Shown one piece after another: positions 19,250 through 27,807 of a stretch of 42,070 nt of DNA (the first letter of the stretch is position 1; each line of letters opens with the position of its first letter). The stretch covers positions 1-42,070 of the forward strand of contig CAZFAZ010000037.1 in NCBI GenBank assembly GCA_964517155.1. Reading direction: 5' to 3'. The notes under the pieces are model-generated. The model was not told the DNA's origin. It did not search any database and saw only the letters and a list, made by a program, of their open reading frames with translations. This stretch comes from an uncultured Thermoplasmatales archaeon (GTDB lineage Archaea > Thermoplasmatota > E2 > DHVEG-1). The position numbers and the translations under genes were made by a program.

Positions 19250-21181
19250 ATGAAGAAAACAAAAAATGTAAAGATATTATCATTTCTTATTATATGTTTA
19301 TTATTTTTAACTATATTTTCAAGTATTGCATCAAGTTTTAAAGTTGAAAAGTATGAAAGAGAAAATAATGAAAAAAACGATTTTATTATAGAGCTGATAG
19401 ATAAACCTAGTTTTATGTATTTTAATTGTCTTAAAAAAGAGAGAAGTTCTTTTTTTTCCAAATATTCTGATTCATTCTTAAAAAACAAAGTTGAAAGTTA
19501 CCGCAGTTCACTTTTGAATTCTCATGAACAAGTCATTAGTTCAATTTTAGCTTTAGTAGATGAAAAAGATCAAACAAACATTGTTTTTTCTCGACAGTAT
19601 ACTGGTATTTTTAATGGTTTTTTTATCAAGAGTATGCCTGTTAGTTTAGTTGAAAAAATAAAAAATTTACCTTTTGTTAAAAACGTTTATCCAAACTATA
19701 AATTTTCTGTTTGTTTGGCCGAATCTGTTCCTTTGATTAAAGCAACTGAAGCATGGAACGTAAAAGATAAAATTGGTAGAAATATAACTGGCCAAGGAAT
19801 AAATATTGCAATTCTTGACACAGGTATCGATTATATGCATCCTAGCCTTCAAAGTAGTTATATCGGCGGCTATGATTTTGTAAATGATGATGACGATCCA
19901 ATGGATGACCACGGACATGGAACCCACTGCGCAGGAATTATTACAGGAGATAAAATAAACTCAAACTACCCCGGGGTTGCGCCTGACTCAAATATTTATG
20001 CTTTTAAAGTTTTAGATTCCCTAGGATCTGGGGACCTTAATAATTATCTTGCAGCTCTAGATGCTGCAGCTGATCCCAATGGAGACGGCGATCCATCAGA
20101 TCATGTTGATATTTTATCAATTAGTTTTGGTACTAATCAGGCTGGTTCACCTGATGATATTGTTAGTTTAAAAGCAGATGAAATGATGGATATGGGCATA
20201 ATAGTAATTGCCGCTGCAGGAAATAATGGTCCAGCGCATAATAGTATTACTTCACCTGGTTGCAGTCTTAAAAGCATCACGGTTGGATCCATTAATAAAA
20301 ACAGTCAGATTTCATCCACTAGCTCGCGTGGGCCTGTTGAACTCAATGGTTCATATTATATAAAACCAGATATCGTAGCCCCTGGAGTTCAAATAAAAAG
20401 TACATATCTTGACGGCAGATATGCTGTTATGAGTGGCACATCTATGGCTGCTCCACATGCCGCGGGTGCTGCTGCACTGTTACTTCAAGCAAATCCTGAC
20501 TTAACATCTGCAGAAGTTAAACAAATTTTAAAAGACTCTGCTTTTGATCTTGGGGAAAATGGCGATGATAATACATATGGAAGCGGAAGAATTGATGTAT
20601 TAAATGCTTTAAATCCACCTGTTGCATTTTTAAATATTTCAAATAGAATTTCACATGGTTTAGTAGAAATAAAAGGATCTGCTAGAAATAGTTCAGGAAC
20701 TACTGATGATTTAATAAATTATAGTTTATATTATTCTTATGAAAGCTCTTGGGTTAAAATATTTGAAAATGACAAAGAAGTTGACAATGATATATTATAT
20801 ATTTGGAATACAACTAATCTTACATCAGGTTTTTATAAATTAAAACTTGAAGTTAAATGCATAAATCAGACAAATGTAATTGTCAAAAACCTAGTAATTG
20901 GTTATAATGACAACCCTTTTGTTGTTTCATTTCCAAAAATTGTTAATGAATCAAGTATTTTTCAGGTTAAAATCACTGATTTTAATGGTACCCCTATCAA
21001 AGCATTTGTTATACTTTTTTCACCATTTAATCTACCACGTATTAAATACGGCAGCGAGGTAGATTTCAAAGCACCACTTGTTCATAGTTCAGTATCTGAA
21101 TCAAAAAAAGGAAAAATAGTAGTAATTAGATTGCTAAAAGGAGAACGTGTAACTGAAGAAATAACAATAGTAAATAGCTAA
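19250..21181 (+). CDS. Secreted subtilisin-like S8 serine protease with I9-like propeptide
   Basis: Signal peptide; catalytic triad motifs ILDTG, HGTHCAG and GTSMAAP; AAAGN oxyanion motif. Confidence 0.95.
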   Translation: MKKTKNVKILSFLIICLLFLTIFSSIASSFKVEKYERENNEKNDFIIELIDKPSFMYFNCLKKERSSFFSKYSDSFLKNKVESYRSSLLNSHEQVISSILALVDEKDQTNIVFSRQYTGIFNGFFIKSMPVSLVEKIKNLPFVKNVYPNYKFSVCLAESVPLIKATEAWNVKDKIGRNITGQGINIAILDTGIDYMHPSLQSSYIGGYDFVNDDDDPMDDHGHGTHCAGIITGDKINSNYPGVAPDSNIYAFKVLDSLGSGDLNNYLAALDAAADPNGDGDPSDHVDILSISFGTNQAGSPDDIVSLKADEMMDMGIIVIAAAGNNGPAHNSITSPGCSLKSITVGSINKNSQISSTSSRGPVELNGSYYIKPDIVAPGVQIKSTYLDGRYAVMSGTSMAAPHAAGAAALLLQANPDLTSAEVKQILKDSAFDLGENGDDNTYGSGRIDVLNALNPPVAFLNISNRISHGLVEIKGSARNSSGTTDDLINYSLYYSYESSWVKIFENDKEVDNDILYIWNTTNLTSGFYKLKLEVKCINQTNVIVKNLVIGYNDNPFVVSFPKIVNESSIFQVKITDFNGTPIKAFVILFSPFNLPRIKYGSEVDFKAPLVHSSVSESKKGKIVVIRLLKGERVTEEITIVNS

Positions 21182-21951
21182 TCGCTGAGTAAATCTTCTC
21201 CGCCTTTAAATTCTAATTGTACTGCAGTATAAATATTAGATATACCTTGAAACTCTTCTTTTCCTGTGGGATATATTTTTAATTGTTCTTGAAAATCTTT
21301 GATAAGATTTAGAATTCCTCTGCTCATCTCTTGATAAATTGATGCTTTTTCAGAAAGCATAGATTCCTCAAGTATATCTGGTTCTTCAGCCCATCTAAAT
21401 ATAAGATCTAGTTCTTCTTGCGGTAAAATATCTGATTTGCTAAGTATGTTTACCTGAGGTTTTCCAAGTCTAAAACTAGTATTTAATGCAAGCAACATCT
21501 GAGATACAAAACCTGATGAAGTCTTTGAAAGACCAGGATCTATAAGATAAGCAATCATACTGCGTGCGGGATTTAAAAACTCAATTATGTATTTACCTGC
21601 TTCTCTGAAAACAAACAGCTCAAGCTGCCCGGGCGTATCCATTAACACATAGTCTGTTTTAAAAGATTCAATACTTTCTTTAACATCAGAAGTATTTAGC
21701 GCAAGCATATCTGCACAGGCAATCTGTGCACCGTTAGGGCCAAGGCCGTATTCTTTCATCACTTCGTTTAAAGATATCCAATCACGAATATCTACATCTG
21801 GGGAATAAGGTAGATTCTCTGCACCTGGATCAAGGTTAACAGTTATTGCATCAAGACCATGATTTGTCATCCATTGTTTAAAGATACTTGTAAGAGTCGA
21901 TTTACCTGAGCCTGCTGTTCCTATAAAATAAAGATAAACTTCTTCTTTCAT
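21178..21951 (-). CDS. GPN-loop GTPase
   Basis: GTAGSGKST, NLDPG, LGPNG and DTPGQLE motifs. Confidence 0.95.
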   Translation of the reverse strand: MKEEVYLYFIGTAGSGKSTLTSIFKQWMTNHGLDAITVNLDPGAENLPYSPDVDIRDWISLNEVMKEYGLGPNGAQIACADMLALNTSDVKESIESFKTDYVLMDTPGQLELFVFREAGKYIIEFLNPARSMIAYLIDPGLSKTSSGFVSQMLLALNTSFRLGKPQVNILSKSDILPQEELDLIFRWAEEPDILEESMLSEKASIYQEMSRGILNLIKDFQEQLKIYPTGKEEFQGISNIYTAVQLEFKGGEDLLSD

Positions 21952-21956
21952 AATAA

Positions 21957-23291
21957 TTACATTCCACGAAGCTTGTTCATATGATCAATTCTTTTCTGTA
22001 TAAGCTTTGTTGTACCAATGTCATGACGTATAAAGATATGCTCGCCTTTAATATAAGTAAGTGCTTTTTCACATATCTTTTCAGCCTCAGAGATACTTTG
22101 CGAGATTCCAACAACAGCAAGAGAGCGAGAAGAAGTAGTTGTAACAGAAGTATTTTCTTTATTTACAGATGCATAAAAAAGTTGAGAGCCAGTTTTCTTA
22201 ATATTTTTTTCATCAACAAAAACTTTTTTACCAGTTATACTTTTAGAGCCATAACCTTCTGGCACTATATATTTACATACAGTTGAATTCTTCTTCATTT
22301 TAAGTTTTAGTTTACTAAGTTCACCCTTTATCATTGCTTCACATAGTTTAACAAAATCTGTTTCTAGTATTGGTAGTACATTCATCGCTTCAGGATCACC
22401 AAAACGTGCATTTATCTCAATTATTTTAGGACCATCTGCAGTAAGCATAAACTGACCATAAATAGGACCGATATACGAACATCCTTCATTGCCTAATGCC
22501 TCTACAATTCTTTGCAGAATTACAGCTCCCTCTTCATAATCACTTTTATTTAAAAAAGGTAGAAGACCGTTTTCACAGGAATAAGATCCCATACCTCCTG
22601 TATTTGGTCCTTTGTCACCCGGTAAAAGTCTTTTATGGTCTTGTACTGCATGAAGTGGAAGAATTGTCTTACCATCTGAAAAAGCTTGTAAAGTGAATTC
22701 TTCACCTATTGCTTTTTCTTCAATTAAAACCTTTGATTTACCACCTATTTTATTATCTATTACCTCTTTTACATATTTCATTGCTTCATTAATACCATCA
22801 AAATGATCACCTGATACACGTACACCTTTTCCACCTGTAAGACCAATTGGTTTTATTGCAACTTCACAGTTTAAATCTTCTATAAACTTTTTAGCTTTTG
22901 AAGCATTTGTAAAAGTTTCACAACGTAGCTGCCCAGGGATATTATGTTTTTTAAGTAAATTTCTCATCCATTCTTTATCTGTTTCTATTCTTGCAGCTTC
23001 TTTTGTTGGTGCACATGATTTAATGCCATTTTTTTCAAGTGCGTTTACAAGTCCTGCCTCAAGTGGTGCCTCTGGGCCAACAAGAGCAATATTTATATTT
23101 TTTGTTTTTGCAAAATCTAGAACTTTTTCGATATCAGTTTCTTTTTCTAAAATATAATCTTTTACGATTTCCTTAATACCTGGATTTAGGTTTTTCATCA
23201 CAGAGAATAACTCTACATTTTCATTAGAGCGGACAACGGCATCACATATAGCATGTTCTCTAGCACCGCCTCCAACTACAAGTATTTTCAA
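21957..23291 (-). CDS. purD: Phosphoribosylamine--glycine ligase
   Basis: GGGAREHA, GPEAPL, QDHKR..GD.GPNTGGMG and NARFGDPE motifs; TTG start. Confidence 0.98.
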   Translation of the reverse strand: MKILVVGGGAREHAICDAVVRSNENVELFSVMKNLNPGIKEIVKDYILEKETDIEKVLDFAKTKNINIALVGPEAPLEAGLVNALEKNGIKSCAPTKEAARIETDKEWMRNLLKKHNIPGQLRCETFTNASKAKKFIEDLNCEVAIKPIGLTGGKGVRVSGDHFDGINEAMKYVKEVIDNKIGGKSKVLIEEKAIGEEFTLQAFSDGKTILPLHAVQDHKRLLPGDKGPNTGGMGSYSCENGLLPFLNKSDYEEGAVILQRIVEALGNEGCSYIGPIYGQFMLTADGPKIIEINARFGDPEAMNVLPILETDFVKLCEAMIKGELSKLKLKMKKNSTVCKYIVPEGYGSKSITGKKVFVDEKNIKKTGSQLFYASVNKENTSVTTTSSRSLAVVGISQSISEAEKICEKALTYIKGEHIFIRHDIGTTKLIQKRIDHMNKLRGM

Positions 23292-23348
23292 ACTTAATCA
23301 AGCCTCCCGGGAATCTTATTGAATGCAAAACAGATATTTAAAATTAAA

Positions 23349-23870
23349 CTATTTTTTTAAAATATCACTAATAGACAAAAGAGGAATAAAACTTATATCA
23401 ATCTGCTGAAGTTTTTCTTCAGCTCCATTTTCTCTATCCACAACTGTTATCACCTCATCAACTACTGCCTTGTTTTGACGTAGTATTTGAACTGATTTAA
23501 TAACAGAGCCGCCACTGGTTGTTACATCTTCAACAATTATTACTTTTTTTCCTTTTACATCAACACCTTCAATTTGCTTTCCTGTCCCATGTTCTCTTTT
23601 TTCCTTTCTAAGAATGACATAGGGAATACCTGTTTGCAGAGATAATGCTACAGCAAGAGGTACTGCACCCAGCTCCATACCCGCAATTATATCATAGCCT
23701 TCTGCATATTCTGCCATTGCCTCTGCAATCTTTTTTAAGATACGCGGGTTTGTACTTGCTTGTTTTATATCAATATAATAATCACTTACCGCACCTGATG
23801 TTAAAACAAAACGGCCGAATTGTATTGCTCCGCAGTCTTTCAGAAGATTGATGAGCTCTTTTTTATCCAT
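23349..23870 (-). CDS. pyrE: Orotate phosphoribosyltransferase
   Basis: FVLTSG..SDYYID, RKEKREHG and VEDVTTSGGS motifs. Confidence 0.97.
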   Translation of the reverse strand: MDKKELINLLKDCGAIQFGRFVLTSGAVSDYYIDIKQASTNPRILKKIAEAMAEYAEGYDIIAGMELGAVPLAVALSLQTGIPYVILRKEKREHGTGKQIEGVDVKGKKVIIVEDVTTSGGSVIKSVQILRQNKAVVDEVITVVDRENGAEEKLQQIDISFIPLLSISDILKK

Positions 23871-23942
23871 TAAAAAGCCTATAACACATAGTGTTATATA
23901 AAATTTTTATAAAAGAAAAAAAGAAAAGATAAAGATTTTAGA

Positions 23943-24518
23943 TTAGATTTCTTTGTATATATGCTCAGAGAAATCATGCTGTACAGATGTAACCACACAT
24001 TTACTATTCTCTAAATTCCAATCACTTCTTATTACATCTCCTTCCAAACCATATTTAAAGGTCTGTACTGCTTTAACTGTAAAACTACCTTTTAAAACTA
24101 GTTTTTCATCTTCAAATATTAATAGATCAACTTTGAAGTTATCTGCAGTAAGAACTATTGGAATTTCTATCTCAGCAGTTGTATCTCCTGCTATTTTTCC
24201 AATTTCAACTGTATTCTTATACTCAGCTATTTTATTGCTGGTTTTTACAACATATGCAATAATTTTTATATCGCCTGATTCTTCATCCCAAATATTAGTC
24301 ATATAAGGAGTACAAGTAACATTTACAGTTTCATTTGTCTCCCCTGTTTTAAGAAGATATGTCTCTTCAATGAAGAGATGCTCTTCAGGTTTTTCAGATG
24401 TTGCTACAATAGGTTCGTTCATAATCCCTAGAAATACGCCTGCGCATACTAACACAGTAATAGATAACGCTGCTCCGCTTAGGATACCTGCTTTTTTTGC
24501 TTTTTTAGACATGGTCAT
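23943..24518 (-). CDS. Membrane-anchored surface protein with beta-sandwich-like domain
   Basis: Basic N-terminus plus a single TM helix, followed by a beta-rich extracellular region. Confidence 0.7.
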   Translation of the reverse strand: MTMSKKAKKAGILSGAALSITVLVCAGVFLGIMNEPIVATSEKPEEHLFIEETYLLKTGETNETVNVTCTPYMTNIWDEESGDIKIIAYVVKTSNKIAEYKNTVEIGKIAGDTTAEIEIPIVLTADNFKVDLLIFEDEKLVLKGSFTVKAVQTFKYGLEGDVIRSDWNLENSKCVVTSVQHDFSEHIYKEI

Positions 24519-24572
24519 TAAATCACCAAATACTTATTATCTAGCTGGTTTGTATATAAAAGCTCAGAAAAC

Positions 24573-24590
24573 GTTCGGAAAAAACCGAAC
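24573..24590. promoter_or_regulatory. Inverted repeat GTTCGG-A6-CCGAAC, candidate operator between divergent TATA boxes
   Basis: GC-rich perfect 6-bp arms in an AT-rich gap; TATATAAA near 24553-24560 and TATATAA near 24604-24610. Confidence 0.6.
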
Positions 24591-24638
24591 AAAAGCAAAC
24601 ACTATATAACTAAATTAAGAATAAACTATAATATTAGA

Positions 24639-25670
24639 ATGTCTAAACTAACACTTGATATGAATACATTCAAAGCACTTGCATCTGATACAAGGCTTGA
24701 TATTTTACGCGCTCTTGATGGTAAAAAATTAAGTTTAAACGATATCTGCAAAGCAACAAACCTTAACAAGGCAACTCTTCATGAGCATCTGATAAAACTT
24801 AATGAGGCAGGTCTTGTTAAAAAGAATGAGCGAGAAGGACATAAATGGGTATACTATAAACTTACATGGAAGGGTGAAGGGCTTCTTCATCCAGAAAATA
24901 CTAGAATTGTTGTAATGTTCAGTAGTACATTTATTTCTTTATTAATTGCAGTTATACTTATAGTAAATTTTTTACAGCCCATTCCTATAGGAATTGCTGA
25001 GACGATAAATGATACAACATATCTTTATGAAGTAGAATCTGCAGGTATTCCTATACTAGGTGAAAAAAGTTATAATTTCAGATATCTTGCAGAGGTTGAT
25101 GCAAGAGAAAAAACTGTGGAAAATATAACAGTGACGCTTCAGCAAAATGCTCTTCCTACGAACAGCATAGGATATACTTACGATCAGGCCGATATAGTTT
25201 GGTTTAATATAGAATCTGCAAATATACAAAATTTTGATGATGCCTGCGGTGATAAGTATATCTTATCTGCAGAGCAATCTAATCAAAAGTTAAAGATCGA
25301 AACAGATTGTGCACATATCCCCAATCAACAAAATATGGTATATGTAATATTTGAAGAGAAATATATGTTTAATAATGACACAAATATCTCAGCTAAAAAA
25401 ACATTAAAAGGAAATAGTACAGAAGGCAACGAAACAAATGTCTCCCCTAATGATGAATTTGTAAGAGATGAAAACGAAACAAATGAAACTACTTTGGGAT
25501 TTGAATATGGCGAAGGATCTTTACATTTTTACCCCGCAGTTCCAACAATGATAGCAACTGTACAAGATACAACATTACTATATTTAGCAGTTGCGTGTCT
25601 AACATTTTTTACAACATTATTTACTATATCACTTTGGAGATTTAAAGTAAATAAAAAACCTAAACTCTAA
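24639..25670 (+). CDS. Membrane-tethered ArsR-family regulator (wHTH-TM-extracellular domain-TM)
   Basis: FKALASDTRLDIL...LHEHLIKLNEAGLV...YYKLT; two TM helices flank a loop rich in N-x-S/T sequons. Confidence 0.85.
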   Translation: MSKLTLDMNTFKALASDTRLDILRALDGKKLSLNDICKATNLNKATLHEHLIKLNEAGLVKKNEREGHKWVYYKLTWKGEGLLHPENTRIVVMFSSTFISLLIAVILIVNFLQPIPIGIAETINDTTYLYEVESAGIPILGEKSYNFRYLAEVDAREKTVENITVTLQQNALPTNSIGYTYDQADIVWFNIESANIQNFDDACGDKYILSAEQSNQKLKIETDCAHIPNQQNMVYVIFEEKYMFNNDTNISAKKTLKGNSTEGNETNVSPNDEFVRDENETNETTLGFEYGEGSLHFYPAVPTMIATVQDTTLLYLAVACLTFFTTLFTISLWRFKVNKKPKL

Positions 25671-25711
25671 CAAACCCACCATAAACGTATAAATAAAAAA
25701 ATAGATTTTAG

Positions 25712-25783
25712 TTAATGTAAACTATCTCTTAATTCATTAATTTCCTCATTTTCTTCAAAGAAATCAAATAACGTCTTTTGCAT
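25712..25783 (-). CDS. Putative 23-aa PIP-box microprotein MQKTLFDFFEENEEINELRDSLH
   Basis: ATG-TAA ORF; GAGGTGA SD 6 nt upstream (25790-25796); BRE/TATA-like CGAAAGAAATATAAC at 25821-25835; T-tract downstream. Confidence 0.6.
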   Translation of the reverse strand: MQKTLFDFFEENEEINELRDSLH

Positions 25784-25855
25784 CCAGCATCACCTCAAAA
25801 AATATGTATGAAAAAACATAGTTATATTTCTTTCGATGAAGACAGACTAAAACAT

Positions 25856-26965
25856 CTATTTAATCGTTTTAAGATCTACTGCATTATATGTGCATACTTC
25901 ATGACAGCAGTAACATTTTATACACTTTGAATAATCTATTTTGGCTCTTTTATCAATTATCTTTATTGCTTCTCTAGGACATATTGCTTTACACTCACCA
26001 CAGCCTACACACTTTTCAGTTATACAAGGAAAACGATTTGGTGTTTCTTCACCTGTAAGAAGATAACCTGCCGTAGAAGGAAGCAAAAAATTCTTATATT
26101 CAGCATCTTTTGGAGAAAGCAAGGGATAATTAATTTTTGTTGGCCACATGTTTCTTATTTTTGCTTCTTTTAACGTTGGTATACCTACAGGCTCTATACC
26201 AAGTATCTTGCAGACAGCAAGATCTAAGGCTACAGCATTATCTGATGCAAGCATAACTCCCAACTCAACAGGTATGCCGCCCATAGGCCCATCACCTTGC
26301 ATACCAACTATTCCATCCATAATTATTAAATCAGGTTTTGCAACAGAAAACACGTCAAGTAACATTTCAGAAAAAGCTTTTTGCCTAATAAAAATAGAAT
26401 GATATTTAACCTTGTTTAGACCAGGAACAACACCAAACATTATTTTTGTTGCAAGAGTCATCATCATAAGTGAATGTGTTTTTATTTTAGGCATAGCTAT
26501 TGTTTTATCTGCCTTTAGAAAAAAATTACATAAAGGTATCTTTTGTAATCTTTTACCGCCAGGAGAATCAATTTTTTTATAGCTAGTATCATAATTTAAT
26601 TCAATTCCTAACTCTTTTGAAAGTTTTATTAAACCTGATTTTTCATATACTTTTTTTAATCTTCTTTTTGTAAATGGACCTGACGGCGAATCTCCAATAT
26701 ATGGTATTCCTCCTATGTTTAAAACAGATTTAGCAACAGCACTAATCAGAACAGGATGTGTTACCACAGCTTTTTCAGGTTCAGTTGCATTCAAAAGATT
26801 TGTTTTTAATAAAACTCTTTCACCTTTATTTATATAGTTTTTAAAACCTCCAATTGGTTTTAAAAGAGATTCAACATCTAAATTTTCATATGTTGATTTT
26901 TGGATACTTACCGATGCTGTATTACAGACTTGATTATACTTCACAGAATGGCAAATGTTATTCAT
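25856..26965 (-). CDS. DUF362 protein with C-terminal 2x[4Fe-4S] ferredoxin domain
   Basis: VLLKTNLL, VTHP and PKIKTH motifs; CVGCGECKAICP and CIKCYCCHEVC. Confidence 0.9.
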   Translation of the reverse strand: MNNICHSVKYNQVCNTASVSIQKSTYENLDVESLLKPIGGFKNYINKGERVLLKTNLLNATEPEKAVVTHPVLISAVAKSVLNIGGIPYIGDSPSGPFTKRRLKKVYEKSGLIKLSKELGIELNYDTSYKKIDSPGGKRLQKIPLCNFFLKADKTIAMPKIKTHSLMMMTLATKIMFGVVPGLNKVKYHSIFIRQKAFSEMLLDVFSVAKPDLIIMDGIVGMQGDGPMGGIPVELGVMLASDNAVALDLAVCKILGIEPVGIPTLKEAKIRNMWPTKINYPLLSPKDAEYKNFLLPSTAGYLLTGEETPNRFPCITEKCVGCGECKAICPREAIKIIDKRAKIDYSKCIKCYCCHEVCTYNAVDLKTIK

Positions 26966-27006
26966 TAATATAAAGTATTATAAAATTTCATCTAAGATAT
27001 AAAAAG

Positions 27007-27079
27007 TGGGCCCGCTGAGATTTGAACTCAGGTTACTACCACCCCAAGGTAGAAGGATGCCAAGCTACCCCACGGGCCC
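27007..27079 (-). tRNA. tRNA-Pro(GGG)
   Basis: Acceptor stem GGGCCCG/CGGGCCC; anticodon arm CTACC-TTGGGGT-GGTAG; T-arm CTGAG-TTCAAAT-CTCAG; CCA not encoded. Confidence 0.96.
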
Positions 27080-27135
27080 AATAAACGTTGAGAAACGCAA
27101 TATAATTTACATACAAAAACTTATTCTCATAAAAA

Positions 27136-27807
27136 TCAATTATTTTGTTGTTTTCTTTTTTTAAAAAATAGCAGTAAAATCAAAAAAATAATAACAAATA
27201 TTAGCTGAAAACCTAAATAATCAACTGATGATTCATAACTATCTTCAACTGGATATATAGTAACCACCTCACTTGATTTGTAATCACTCCATGTCTCATT
27301 TATTATGTTTACACTTACAACTGTGAAATAAAATGATTCTGTATTTTTCCCAAAAAACTCAAAATCAATATTCAAAGGAACATTACCCTCAATAAAATCA
27401 CTATCCGGTTTAACACGCATCTTCCAAACCATAATATGCTCATCATATTTTTCAGGGTTCCAAAAAGTTATATCTCCTATTGCCCTTGGATCAAAATCAT
27501 ATAATTGTGCATTACTAGGCAGATTACTAGGTTTTTCAAGTAACTCAAAATCATATGGTGGACCATAACAAGACATATGATAACTTATAGATTTTAAATC
27601 TGTTTTTGTTTTAACCCATATCTTTACATAAAATGGTTGACCAAGTTTAAGACTTGTATACGCAGTTGCATTTTCCCAATTTAAAGAATCTTTGCTAAAC
27701 CATACATCACAGATACCTAAACTGTTTTCAGCAGGTTTGTTTGCAAAAATTATCTCTGAAAAAAGAAGTAAAAAAATTGTTGTAATTAAAAAAATACTTT
27801 TTTTCAA
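27136..27807 (-). CDS. Cell-surface protein, sarcinarray/MAST-domain-like, with C-terminal TM sorting signal
   Basis: Signal peptide; WF..NATA..LKLGQPF.VKI motif; C-terminal LGF-TM-KKRK; TTG start overlaps the upstream stop. Confidence 0.6.
   Translation of the reverse strand: MKKSIFLITTIFLLLFSEIIFANKPAENSLGICDVWFSKDSLNWENATAYTSLKLGQPFYVKIWVKTKTDLKSISYHMSCYGPPYDFELLEKPSNLPSNAQLYDFDPRAIGDITFWNPEKYDEHIMVWKMRVKPDSDFIEGNVPLNIDFEFFGKNTESFYFTVVSVNIINETWSDYKSSEVVTIYPVEDSYESSVDYLGFQLIFVIIFLILLLFFKKRKQQNN

Noticed and set aside
21178..23870. GPN GTPase co-oriented with purD and pyrE as a functional link
   Set aside because: Ordinary housekeeping juxtaposition with no supporting signal.
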